From the NCBI RefSeq assembly GCF_006345805.1, contig NW_021827628.1, positions 1 through 10,154 on the forward strand: 10,154 bases of DNA, written 5' to 3'. Under the pieces are notes generated by a model. That model made no database searches. It saw nothing but the letters and a program-made list of their open reading frames with translations, and had not been told where the DNA came from. The position numbers were made by a program, and so were the translations under genes. This document shows positions 1 through 8,276 of the stretch, piece by piece; positions within the stretch are counted from its first letter, which is position 1; each line of letters opens with the position of its first letter. This DNA is from Octopus sinensis (Eukaryota).

Positions 1-69
1 CTGTATTTTTAGCTCAACACCATTTTGCTATTAAATATATTCATTAAAATCCAACGCCACCACCACCGC

Positions 70-265
70 CACATTCACCCTACAATCTCACCTTCGATTC
101 AACGATTGTTCTTCTCTTCTCTCTTTTACCAGCAACCAACCATTCCTTCCTACAGTGGTGCTTTCCTGTACTATCTCTGCACGTTTCTGGAATTCCTTGC
201 CAGCCGATATAACAGTGTCCCTGCTTATAATCTTTCTATTTTCTCATCCATACAATACACACTTT
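70..265 (+). mobile_element. Highly decayed CR1/L2-like LINE ORF2 C-terminal relic
   Basis: Across a frameshift the + strand reads ...TIPSYSGAFLY / SARFWNSLPADI (TGG AAT TCC TTG CCA at 188-202) / VPAYNLSIFSS. This resembles the 'SFFPRTxRxWNSLP...SYNLxxFK' end of CR1/L2-group RT ORFs. Motif recognition only. Confidence 0.35.
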
Positions 266-430
266 TCTCCCAATAACTGAAAACGCCATAATCGCTCCCA
301 CAATATCGCTTCATTTATTTTTTTATCTGACTTTTTCGTTTGTGACATTCTCTGGTTGTTCCATATTTTTAATCTTTCTTTTATACATACACCTAGATTT
401 TACACCATATACGAGTGTTGAAAACCGAAG

Positions 431-433
<3 letters not shown>

Positions 434-510
<77 letters not shown>

Positions 511-539
511 TAGAAAGGGGTTTGTATGATTGTGTATAG

Positions 540-581
<42 letters not shown>

Positions 582-1075
582 TGTATGTATGTATGGATGT
601 ATGTATGTATGCATGATGTATATATAATTATATATATATAATATACACACACATATATACATATATGAACATATGTACACATACACATATATATTCATAA
701 ATATATATACACAGGTATACACACACATGTATATATATATATATATACACACACATATATATATATGCACATATATACATTCATACACATATATACATAG
801 GTATATATACGCGCGCGCACACACACACACACACACATATATATGGACACATACATATATACGAATATGTGTGCGTGATATGTATGTATGTATAGAGTGT
901 ATAAACACATTGTATACCACAAATGTGTATACACATTTACATATGTATGTGTGTATATATATAATCACATTTAATACTCGCCCCCGTCTCTCTCTCCCTC
1001 CCTCCCTCCCTCTCTCTCTCTCTCCCTCTCTCTCCCCCCTCTCTCTCTCTCTTTCTCTTCCATCCATCTTTATCT
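434..1075. repeat. Compound microsatellite block: (TA)n, (GA)n, (TATG)n, degenerate (CA/TA)n, (CA)n, (CT)n/(CCCT)n
   Basis: Directly visible: (TA)n 434-478, (GA)n 479-510, (TA)n from 545, (CA)n ~817-836, CT-rich 986-1060. Confidence 0.97.
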
Positions 1076-1140
1076 TTAGACCTTTGAACGTCTTTCAAGT
1101 TCGTTCACAAAGGTCACATGTTTCACCACCCTTTTCTACA

Positions 1141-1208
1141 ACCATCACTATCATCATCATCATGAACATCATCGTCATCATCACCGCCATCATCATCATC
1201 ATCACCGC

Positions 1209-1246
<38 letters not shown>

Positions 1247-1255
1247 CCATCATCT
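1141..1255. repeat. (ATC)n trinucleotide microsatellite, imperfect
   Basis: Directly visible catcatcat run with ACC/GCC/GTC variants. Confidence 0.97.
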
Positions 1256-1344
1256 TCTTAAATGTTGTCATATTAAACAAAAAAGCATGAAAGTCACGAC
1301 ATCTTTTGATGCAAAAATCTGTAGCATATCATATCTTCAGTCTG

Positions 1345-1545
1345 TGAGTAGCAAGTATTGTTACACATCCAGCTAGAAATAACAGCCAACACTCCCTCAA
1401 CCTTACGTCTAAATAAAGGAAATATACATCGGATGATATACTCCCAGGTAAGCTATGTCTGAAGAGAAAAAAGAAGCGAGATGATCATGCTTGGAGCGTC
1501 TTTCATTATAGATCTGCTGGGGCTGGAACAGGACCGATCAGGAGC
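1345..1545 (+). mobile_element. Probable octopus interspersed repeat fragment (unclassified)
   Basis: The segment 'catccagctagaaataacagccaacactccctcaa...ctatgtctgaa...gatgatcatgcttggagcgtctttcattatagatctgct' resembles a dispersed repeat I recall from Octopus DNA. There is no second copy in the window, so this rests on recall. Confidence 0.35.
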
Positions 1546-1620
1546 TATCGATACTTCGTCTAACGTCGCAATTATGAAAGGGAGAGGAAATACTGGCGGG
1601 AAATACAAGAATTGTACAGT

Positions 1621-1772
1621 TGTGTGTGCATGTGTGTGTGCATCTATGCACACATGCATATATATGTATAGAAATGCATATATATGTGTGCGTATGTGTG
1701 TAGAGAGAGAGAGAGAACAGAGAGAGAGAGAGAACAGAGAGAGAGAGATCGGGAGGTAGGTAGGTTGGTAGG

Positions 1773-1810
<38 letters not shown>

Positions 1811-1814
1811 CACT

Positions 1815-1888
<74 letters not shown>

Positions 1889-1955
1889 GGGATGGATGGA
1901 TGGATGGATGGATGGAGGATAGATAGATAATAGATAAATAGATAGATAGATAGAT

Positions 1956-2042
<87 letters not shown>

Positions 2043-2083
2043 CACTGATAGATAGATAGATAGATAGATAGAGATAGATAGAT

Positions 2084-2137
<54 letters not shown>
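1621..2137. repeat. Compound (TG)n/(TA)n/(GA)n followed by a ~365-bp (GATA)n array with a (GGAT)n insert
   Basis: Directly visible: (GGTA) ~1755-1772, (GATA)n ~1773-2137, (GGAT)n ~1889-1916. Confidence 0.98.
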
Positions 2138-2295
2138 TTGGTTTCAAATTTTGGCACAAGGCCAGCAATCTCAGTGGAGTGATTAAATTGATTACATCGA
2201 CCCCCAGTGCTCGACTGGAACTTATTTTATCGAGTCCGAGAGGATGAAAAGGCAAAATCGACCTCGGCATCATTTGAACTCAGAACGTAAACACG
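2138..2295 (-). mobile_element. tRNA-derived SINE family A, 5'-truncated, '...gtgccaaaatttgaaacc' 3'-end type
   Basis: The reverse complement reads tacgttctGAGTTCAAATgatgccgaggtcgattttgcc...gataaaataagttccagt...ctgggggtcgatgtaatc...ggccttgtgccaaaatttgaaaccaat. It aligns by eye to the copies at 7647-7872 and 7898-8074. Confidence 0.9.
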
Positions 2296-2518
2296 GGCTA
2301 TCGTTCTGTATTATATGAATAAAACAAACCTCTATCTACAAAAAGATGTGTAAAGTTTTATTAATGTTTTCGATAAATTTCATAGATTATCTGTTAACAT
2401 ATGGCCCGATATACAATATTTAAACTCTCGCTGGCTAAATTTCTAACCCTGGTTGATAATCATTTTTTAAACTAACTCCATATCTGACGACATTGGTGAA
2501 ATATGTAACTTTACATCT

Positions 2519-2607
2519 ACTGAGGTCGATTTAATATCCTGAAAGCAGTGCTCCAGCATGGCTACTGGATGCAGTTCAATGAAAATATGTAAAAGGAAAA
2601 TGAAGAA
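2519..2607 (+). mobile_element. SINE family B 3' end fragment, degenerate
   Basis: ctgaggtcgattt...aaagcagtgctccagcatggct...gaaaatatgtaaaaggaaaa matches the 'ctccagcatggc' terminus also seen at 6219-6276, 8487-8532 and 8812-8870. Confidence 0.7.
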
Positions 2608-2688
2608 GATATTGTCAGTGAGAAGGATTAACCGTCTCATTTGACTAGGATAGAGAGAACTGTAAGAAAAAGTAACAGTGGCTTTGTT

Positions 2689-3341
2689 ATGGCGACTCCA
2701 TTTGCGTCTTACGCCGTTGCGTCTTCGAAAACGTTAGAGGAAAGCGTAAACAAAGGATGAAAGATTTATACAGTAAAAATGATAAATGGTTAGAATATAT
2801 CGTTATATGATGGAAATATTTGAAGGAAATATATCAGAATTTTATTCCTTGAGAAAATTTAATGAAAATTAAGATTACAAAATTATGAATAAACGTAACG
2901 ACATTTACATTTTAAAATATCAAATAGAGAGAGATATACTATTTTAATATTTCTTTTATGGAAATGTTTCATGGATAAATGTTTGAACTATAGTTTTTGA
3001 GAAAATTAATAGAAATTAAAATTAGAAAAATTGGTATAAACTAATATTTATTCAAAATTTAGATTGCGGTTAAAGAGATAAACAAAGGTTTAATATGAAT
3101 ATAATGGTGGAATGTTTCTTGGGAAAGAAAATGTCTGAAGTATATTTCTAGAGAAAATTTTTATAGAATTAAGATGAGAATATTTCCACTTAAACAGAAA
3201 TTCAATATTTATAAAATTGAAACATTTCAATGAAACATGTCGAAATTATTGTAAATTGTAAAAAGAATTGAAAAGCAGAATCCAAAAATATAAAAGAAAT
3301 ATTTAAAAATGGAAAATAAAATTACTTCCTCCAACAGATAA
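2689..3341 (+). other. AT-rich, C-depleted segment; possible ancient decayed ORF (LINE ORF1-like?)
   Basis: About 20% GC with G much greater than C on +. It begins ATG GCG ACT (MATPFASYAVASSKTLEESVNK). One frame (2757-3341) gives protein-like text broken by stops. Family assignment is speculative. Confidence 0.25.
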
Positions 3342-3355
3342 TGATGATGTGATGC

Positions 3356-3427
<72 letters not shown>

Positions 3428-3440
3428 TAATAATAATAAT
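3356..3440. repeat. (AAT)n microsatellite = 3' tail of the minus-strand L1/Tx1-like LINE
   Basis: Near-perfect (AAT)n. On the - strand it follows AATAAA (3448-3453) by a few bases. Confidence 0.95.
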
Positions 3441-4462
3441 TAATTCGTTTATTGGCCACAAGGGCTGACAAAAATAATTAAGACATAAAGGGACAAAACA
3501 CAGGACGAAAGTTACGAAGGGTTTGGTCCGTTTGCAAAAAACGTAAAAATTCCAGAGATAACAACGAAAATATAACAATTGAAATTCCCAATAGGGGGGG
3601 GAGCCTAGAGCCCCTTTCTCCTTTTATAATACTTTTTTATACTACAGGTGCATCCTCAGAATTGGTCCCTTTATACTGGCTATTCTTGCGACATTTACCC
3701 ACATTTCAGTAAACTTGCTATCAGACAGCCCTTCCCTCTCTACTCTCACCTTCCTTTTCAAGTGAAACTTGAAAAAGTTGATGAGGCCTTGTCTGACCTT
3801 AGCCTTTTCAAACGGGTCCACCATACCACCTCTTTCGCTACAGCCACTAGACACAGGAAAACGGCCTTTCCCTCCTTGTTAAAGGAGGTCGGCGGGGCAA
3901 TCCTCACTATGGATTCAGCTGATAGCCGGATCCGTCCTATACGCGACAGTAGTTGTTCGACATAAACCTATAGTTCAGCAATACTCGGGCACTGGACGAG
4001 TGCGTGCAGAACGGTTTCGTCGTCCTGGGCGCACCTCGAGCAGGCCCGGCTGACGGCACTTCCGTGCCGGTAGAGTTTATCTCGAACAGGCAGAGCTCCT
4101 CGGTAGCACTGCCAGGTGAGGGACTTTTGGAAATTGTCCATTGGGCCCGGCCCGAAAGTTCTTCCAAACAGACTGCTCAATTCATTATCGTCAGCGCCTA
4201 GAGTTTCCCCGAGAACGTCGTCGCACTTTTCTTCCACTAGCCCTCTATTGCCCGCTTGGTGGAGGGCGGAGAGAACTTGGCACTCGAGGTGCCAAGCGCC
4301 CTTTCTCGGTCTACGTTTGATCCAGGTTTGCAGCTCTGTCATAGAGACGAGCTGCGGAAAGGCGCGTCTGACAAAAGACGACCACACCTGTTCACCGTCT
4401 AGGAAACGCTTGAGATGCTGTAGCCTGAGCGCATGTCTGCGCATCAGTAACCACAGCATGCC
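3441..4462 (-). mobile_element. 5'-truncated L1/Tx1-clade LINE (ORF2 C-terminus plus ~200-bp 3' UTR with polyA signal)
   Basis: It contains the ORF2 remnant described in the next feature. The 3' UTR spans 3441-3641 with AATAAA at 3448-3453 (-) and an (ATT)n tail. The 5' end is abrupt at 4462, mid-ORF, at (GL)GMLW. Confidence 0.88.
3642..4462 (-). pseudogene. LINE ORF2 (RT) C-terminal region with zf-RVT CCHC knuckle; disrupted
   Basis: GMLWLLMRRHALRLQHL...SLTWQCYRGALPVRDKL...CSRCAQDDETVLHALVQC (C-x2-C-x8-H-x4-C at 3989-4042). A premature TAG at 3968-3970 sits where a Trp is expected. Reading continues VYVEQLLSR...AKEVVWWTRLK, frameshifts around 3790-3812, then runs QGLINFFKFHLKRKVRVER...WVNVAR...MHL to the stop at 3642-3644. 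Confidence 0.88.
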
Positions 4463-4493
<31 letters not shown>

Positions 4494-4498
4494 GTGAT
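4463..4498. repeat. (GAT)n microsatellite, probable (ATC)n tail of the adjacent LINE 3' UTR
   Basis: (GAT)10 followed by ggtgat. Confidence 0.93.
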
Positions 4499-4660
4499 TT
4501 CTTTGTTAACCACAAGAGTTTACATTAAGAAAAACATTATGGACAATACAGGACAAAACGAAGAATGTGTGTGTGCGTGTTGTTGTGAGGGTTTTGCGTA
4601 TAAACAAGACCAACAAATTTTTTTTAAATCAACAGTGTGTGATCCTCAATAGGAAGGAGA
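4499..4660 (-). mobile_element. 3'-UTR fragment of a second, related L1/Tx1-like LINE
   Basis: tttgttaaccacaagagtttaca...aaacattatggacaatacaggacaaaacgaag parallels tttattggccacaagggctgaca...agacataaagggacaaaacacaggacgaaag at 3448-3511. Both are later followed by 'caatagg' (~3589 and ~4647). The right boundary is uncertain. Confidence 0.6.
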
Positions 4661-4765
4661 CTTCAAGGGCTGCTCATGGAAAAATCCCATGAAAATACCG
4701 TGGGTACCCTGACTTTTGCGGCAGGTGCCTTTTTTTCCTTCCCTTTGTACCAACTACAGGCATAT

Positions 4766-4850
4766 GCGGAATTTGAACTTGGAACGTAAAGACGTACGAA
4801 ATTCCGCTAAGCATTTTTGTCCAACGCCTAACGCTTCTACCAGTTCACCA
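4766..4850 (-). mobile_element. SINE family A tRNA-derived head only
   Basis: The reverse complement reads tggtgaactggtagaagcgttag...aaaatgcttagcggaatttcg...tttacgttccaaGTTCAAATTCCgc, with A-box-like and B-box-like motifs. Confidence 0.85.
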
Positions 4851-4990
4851 ATAATAATTACGTAAGCGGTAGGAGTATTTCTACGTCTAATGTTCTAATC
4901 TTTATTTCAATAAAGACATTTTCTTTTTCTAGAAATATATTTCCGATATACTTCCGTAAAATATTTACATTCTCTAATTATAGTAACTTT

Positions 4991-5148
4991 GTGCCTGTGG
5001 CGGAAGGGAAGCAGTTTGCTTCCCAACCAAATGCTTCCTAATTCAGTCCCACAGCGTGGTATTTGAGGCAAGTGTCTGCTACAGCCTTGAGCCAATCAAA
5101 GCCGCGAAAGAATGGATTTGGTAGACGGAAACTGAAAAAAGCCCATCC
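4991..5148 (+). mobile_element. SINE family B 5' half (tRNA-like head to the internal microsatellite)
   Basis: gcttcccaacc...attcagtcccacagcgtggtatttgaggcaagtgtct...tggatttggtagacggaaactgaaaaaagccc is homologous to the minus-strand copy at 9959-10115. Confidence 0.85.
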
Positions 5149-5166
5149 TATATATAATATTAATAC

Positions 5167-5226
<60 letters not shown>

Positions 5227-5231
5227 ATATA

Positions 5232-5289
<58 letters not shown>

Positions 5290-5327
5290 ATATTAATACG
5301 TATATATATATATATATTATATATACA
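5149..5327. repeat. (TA)n microsatellite with a duplicated interruption
   Basis: Directly visible. The variant tatataatattaatacgtata occurs at about 5151 and about 5284. Confidence 0.97.
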
Positions 5328-5329
5328 TA

Positions 5330-6191
5330 ATGGCTGTCAACTCATGAATAAGTATGCCCGTGGTGGAGTAAACAAAATGTTTCCCAGCATTACATGTGAG
5401 AACAACAAAGGCTCTTGAATCTTGGCAGCGACTCACAGAACTTGTTACAGGTTCGACATTCTTTTCTACTCTAGGCAAAAGGCCTGAAATTTTGAGGGAG
5501 GGGGCCAGTCGATTAGATCGATCCCAGGCAAAGTCAACCTCGGCGGAATTTGAACTCAGAACGTAAAGACAGACGAAATACCGCTAAGCATTTCGCCCGG
5601 CGTGCTAACCATTCTGCCAACTCCTCGCCGCCGCCTTTGCAGGTTCGACATTCATTCAAATTCTTCTGACTTCTTTGTTGTTTTGGGTCATTCTGATGAT
5701 TTTCTCTGTGTACCCTCGTATGCCTTGATAAACTTGAGTGGTTTATACGCGTTTTCTGGCAGATAGGACATTTGAGGTTGACCCCAGCTAGAAGGTCTTT
5801 GTAGTATGTAACAGGTCCCTTTTGCATAGCTTCTCTGGTGGTTCCCCGGGCCTGTACTTGACATATTTATGCGGCGTCAGACTAAGTGAGGAGCTGTAGG
5901 GTCAACGCTATTGTCTTTTCGTACTGATCTCCTTATGTATGATCTCTCGTTTGCATTTCGATGGAATGCGCTCCCTCCGTCACAGATTCTATGCTTCCAG
6001 CTTTTCCTATCATGCGATATGTCTTTAGACGCCTGGTCTGAAATCTCACTGATTCCAAGTGATTTTTTAAAAAGTTGTCTTTGAATCTCTTTCTTGGCTT
6101 ATGATGTGGTTGAATGCCTTGCGACAGTTCGCCACAAAACATTTTCTTAAGAATTCTGCAGTCAACAAAACGTACGACATGACATGCCTAC
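5330..6191 (-). mobile_element. 5'-truncated RTE-clade LINE, ORF2 C-terminus with C2H2 fingers, interrupted by a SINE
   Basis: The minus strand reads *ACHVVRFVDCRILKKMFCGELSQGIQPHHKPRKRFKDN (RTE 'WAGHVVRM.D.R.PK.L.GEL..G.R..G.P.KR.KD'). After a frameshift it reads EISDQASKDISHDRKSWKHRICDGGSAF...RRSVRK ('A.DR..WR'). The C2H2 finger CPICQKTRINHSSLSRHTRVH lies at 5708-5770. The final stop is at 5390-5392. Confidence 0.88.
5462..5639 (-). mobile_element. SINE family A with ~43-bp internal deletion, flanked by a perfect 14-bp TSD
   Basis: TSD CAGGTTCGACATTC at 5448-5461 and 5640-5653. The reverse complement reads ggcggcgaggagttggcagaatggttagcacgccgggcgaaatgcttagcgg...GAGTTCAAATTCCgccgagg...tttcaggccttttgcctagagtagaaaag. 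Confidence 0.95.
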
Positions 6192-6218
6192 ATACATGCA
6201 TACTTATCAATGTTCATA

Positions 6219-6276
6219 TTCTTTTATTCTCATATTCTTTTACTTCTTTCAGCCATGCTGGAGTATAGCCTCGAAG
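6219..6276 (-). mobile_element. SINE family B 3' terminus fragment
   Basis: The reverse complement reads cttcgaggctatactccagcatggctgaaagaagtaaagaatatgagaataaaag. Confidence 0.65.
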
Positions 6277-6821
6277 TGTTTGACGATATCAGTTTGGCGA
6301 ATTTGCGTATGAGGCCTGGCTACATAAAGTTCGGGTGGGGTAACATACCGGCAAGGTGATACAGCGAAACCAAAAATACAACATTCAGCGATGTGGCTGC
6401 ATTTTTACATGTCTCGAAAATTAGAAGTATTATACATAATATGTAATTATATATAATCTTTCCTGAATTTCCTCCATATCATTATAAAATATACCTCTTC
6501 AGATCTTGTTGGTACAATAATCCAATAGTAGTTATTGCGTTGTTTGTGAGCACAGATTACAAAATAATAAAGTGAAATACAACAGTGAAAACAAACACGT
6601 TTGGGTATCAATGTTAAGAATAGATACGCGTTGTGATGATGTATATTTAAATATATTCTTTACAAAAACATTTGAATAACTTTTCTGGAAAACGTTCATA
6701 TATGATGTCATATAGCCAGAAATAAAAGCCAGATGACGTATGTTTGTAAACTGATAGAAATACATTCAATATAGCGTATATCGTGATAGAAGACCTGGGG
6801 AAGCAATAACAGGAAGCTAAG

Positions 6822-6900
6822 GAGAGAGAAGAGAGAGAGAGATGAGAGAGAAGAGAGAGGAGAGTAGAGAGAGAGGAGAGAGAGAGAGAGAGAGAGAGAG

Positions 6901-6967
<67 letters not shown>

Positions 6968-6980
6968 CAGACAGACAGAT
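6822..6980. repeat. (GA)n microsatellite ending in (GACA)n
   Basis: Directly visible. Confidence 0.98.
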
Positions 6981-7282
6981 AGAAACAAAGGGAGACATTG
7001 AACGAAAACTGTGCTTGTCAAAACTGCCGATTAAAAATGGGAAGAAAAAAGAAGGCAAACAGTTTGACCTGCTGAAATAGTTCAAAATGGCCAACAGACC
7101 ACTGGTTTCTAGTGACTCAAATAACGCTTATGGTGAATCATTAAAATATCGCCCGAAATGATATCGTTATTGATATCATTATATATGTGTGTGTACTTTT
7201 TCATATTTAGCAGAACTAACAGAGTGACTCAAGGTCCGAGGTTTCGTACGTTGGCACTGAGCAAACTAGTTATCAAAATACC

Positions 7283-7294
7283 TATATATATAAT

Positions 7295-7337
<43 letters not shown>
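7283..7337. repeat. (TA)n microsatellite
   Basis: Directly visible. Confidence 0.97.
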
Positions 7338-7340
<3 letters not shown>

Positions 7341-7528
7341 CATTGTTGGGCCAGAAAGTCAGAGGGAAAGCACACTCAATATCACCAAGTCTACAGCACT
7401 CCCATCCAGTGTTATAACAATTCTGCCAGTGAACCAACATGTATTGATACATTTTTATTATTGACAAAAGATAACAGCTATTTATAACCCACCACAGCCC
7501 TCCATATTAATCGTTGAGCTGTTGCAAG

Positions 7529-7640
7529 CCTTTCGGAGTCGATGAAATAAGTTACGCACTGGGGTCGATGTAACTGACAAGCCTCGCTCTAACCCGAAAT
7601 TAAGGTCTTCTGCCTATAGTAGAAAGGGTTATTGTTATTA
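7529..7640 (+). mobile_element. SINE family A 3' half, degenerate
   Basis: cctttcggagtcgatgaaataag...cactggggtcgatgtaac...tgcctatagtagaaagggttattgttatta aligns to 7750-7872. Confidence 0.85.
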
Positions 7641-7646
7641 TGACAA

Positions 7647-7872
7647 AGGTGGCGAGCGGGCAGAATCGTTAGCACGCCGGGCAAAATACTTAACGCATTT
7701 CGCTCGTCTTACCGTCCTGAGTTCAAATCCCGCCAACGTCGACTTTGCTATTCATCATCTCGAAGTTGATAAATTAAGTACCAGTGAAACACTGGGGTCG
7801 ATGTAATCGACTAGTCCTCTCCCACTAAATTTCAGGCTTTGTGTCTTTAGTAGAAAGGATTATTATTATTAT
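7647..7872 (+). mobile_element. Full-length tRNA-derived SINE family A
   Basis: It has an A-box-like gggcagaatcgttagc, a B box GTTCAAATCC at 7721-7730, the core gataaattaagtaccagt...ctggggtcgatgtaatcgact, and the end tagtagaaagg(att)n. A candidate TSD is ttattatgacaa (7635-7646) / ttattatggcaa (7866-7877). Confidence 0.93.
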
Positions 7873-7897
7873 GGCAATGATGATGATGATGAAGACA

Positions 7898-8074
7898 ACA
7901 TGCCGGGCAAAATGCTGAGCGGCATTTAGTCCGTCTGCACGTCCTGAGTTCAAATTCCGCCGGGGTCGACTTTGCTCTTGGGGTCGATTAAATAAGTACC
8001 AGTTTGGCAGTGGGATCGATGTAATCTACAATGCTCCTGAAATTGCTGGACTTGTGCCAAAATTTGGAACTATT
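7898..8074 (+). mobile_element. SINE family A, slightly 5'-truncated, '...gtgccaaaatttggaac' 3'-end type
   Basis: gccgggcaaaatgctgagcggc...gaGTTCAAATTCCgccggggtcgactttgc...gattaaataagtaccagt...gatcgatgtaatc...attgctggacttgtgccaaaatttggaactatt. Confidence 0.9.
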
Positions 8075-8091
8075 TTTGACAAAGATGATTT

Positions 8092-8172
8092 CAGCGGGAT
8101 TTGAAAACTGTGGAGCGAAAACTGTGGAGCAATTCTAGCCAAAATTCTAAAGACTCTGCCAACCGGCCACCG
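8092..8172 (-). mobile_element. Degenerate tRNA-like SINE head with an internal 14-bp tandem duplication
   Basis: The reverse complement reads ggtggccggttggcagagtctttag...gttttcaaatcccgctg (A-box-like and B-box-like). gaaaactgtggagc occurs twice, at 8103-8116 and 8117-8130. Confidence 0.45.
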
Positions 8173-8186
8173 ACGCAATGCGCCTG

Positions 8187-8188
8187 TA

Positions 8189-8222
<34 letters not shown>

Positions 8223-8237
8223 TGCATGTGAGTGTGT

Positions 8238-8276
<39 letters not shown>

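Noticed and set aside
1341-1447. Possible exon between tcttcag and CAG|GTAAGC
   Set aside because: The donor is good, but the segment lies within a probable interspersed repeat and has no convincing coding content or partner exon.
323-2273. Long ORFs of 79-234 aa (YI/SIYL/ERE/poly-I/poly-M rich)
   Set aside because: They are pure microsatellite read-through. These repeat units lack stops in some frames, and there is no domain content.
2475-2515. Hammerhead-like core CTGACGA...GAAATATGTA
   Set aside because: Stem II (cattggt) and stem I cannot pair, so it is likely a chance match.
4116-4652. 178-aa plus-strand ORF
   Set aside because: It is the antisense shadow of the LINE ORF2 plus (GAT)n-derived poly-Met.
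5534-5827. Host C2H2 zinc-finger gene
   Set aside because: It is collinear with a frameshifted RTE ORF2 upstream, and its 3' third is SINE sequence. It is best explained as a TE remnant.
6647-7487. ORFs of 109-128 aa with SLSLSL and YIYI runs
   Set aside because: They are driven by (GA)n and (TA)n arrays, and the flanking parts show no recognisable protein motif.
7647-7735. tRNA gene
   Set aside because: It has A/B boxes but no complete cloverleaf and continues into a SINE body and tail, so it is a SINE head.
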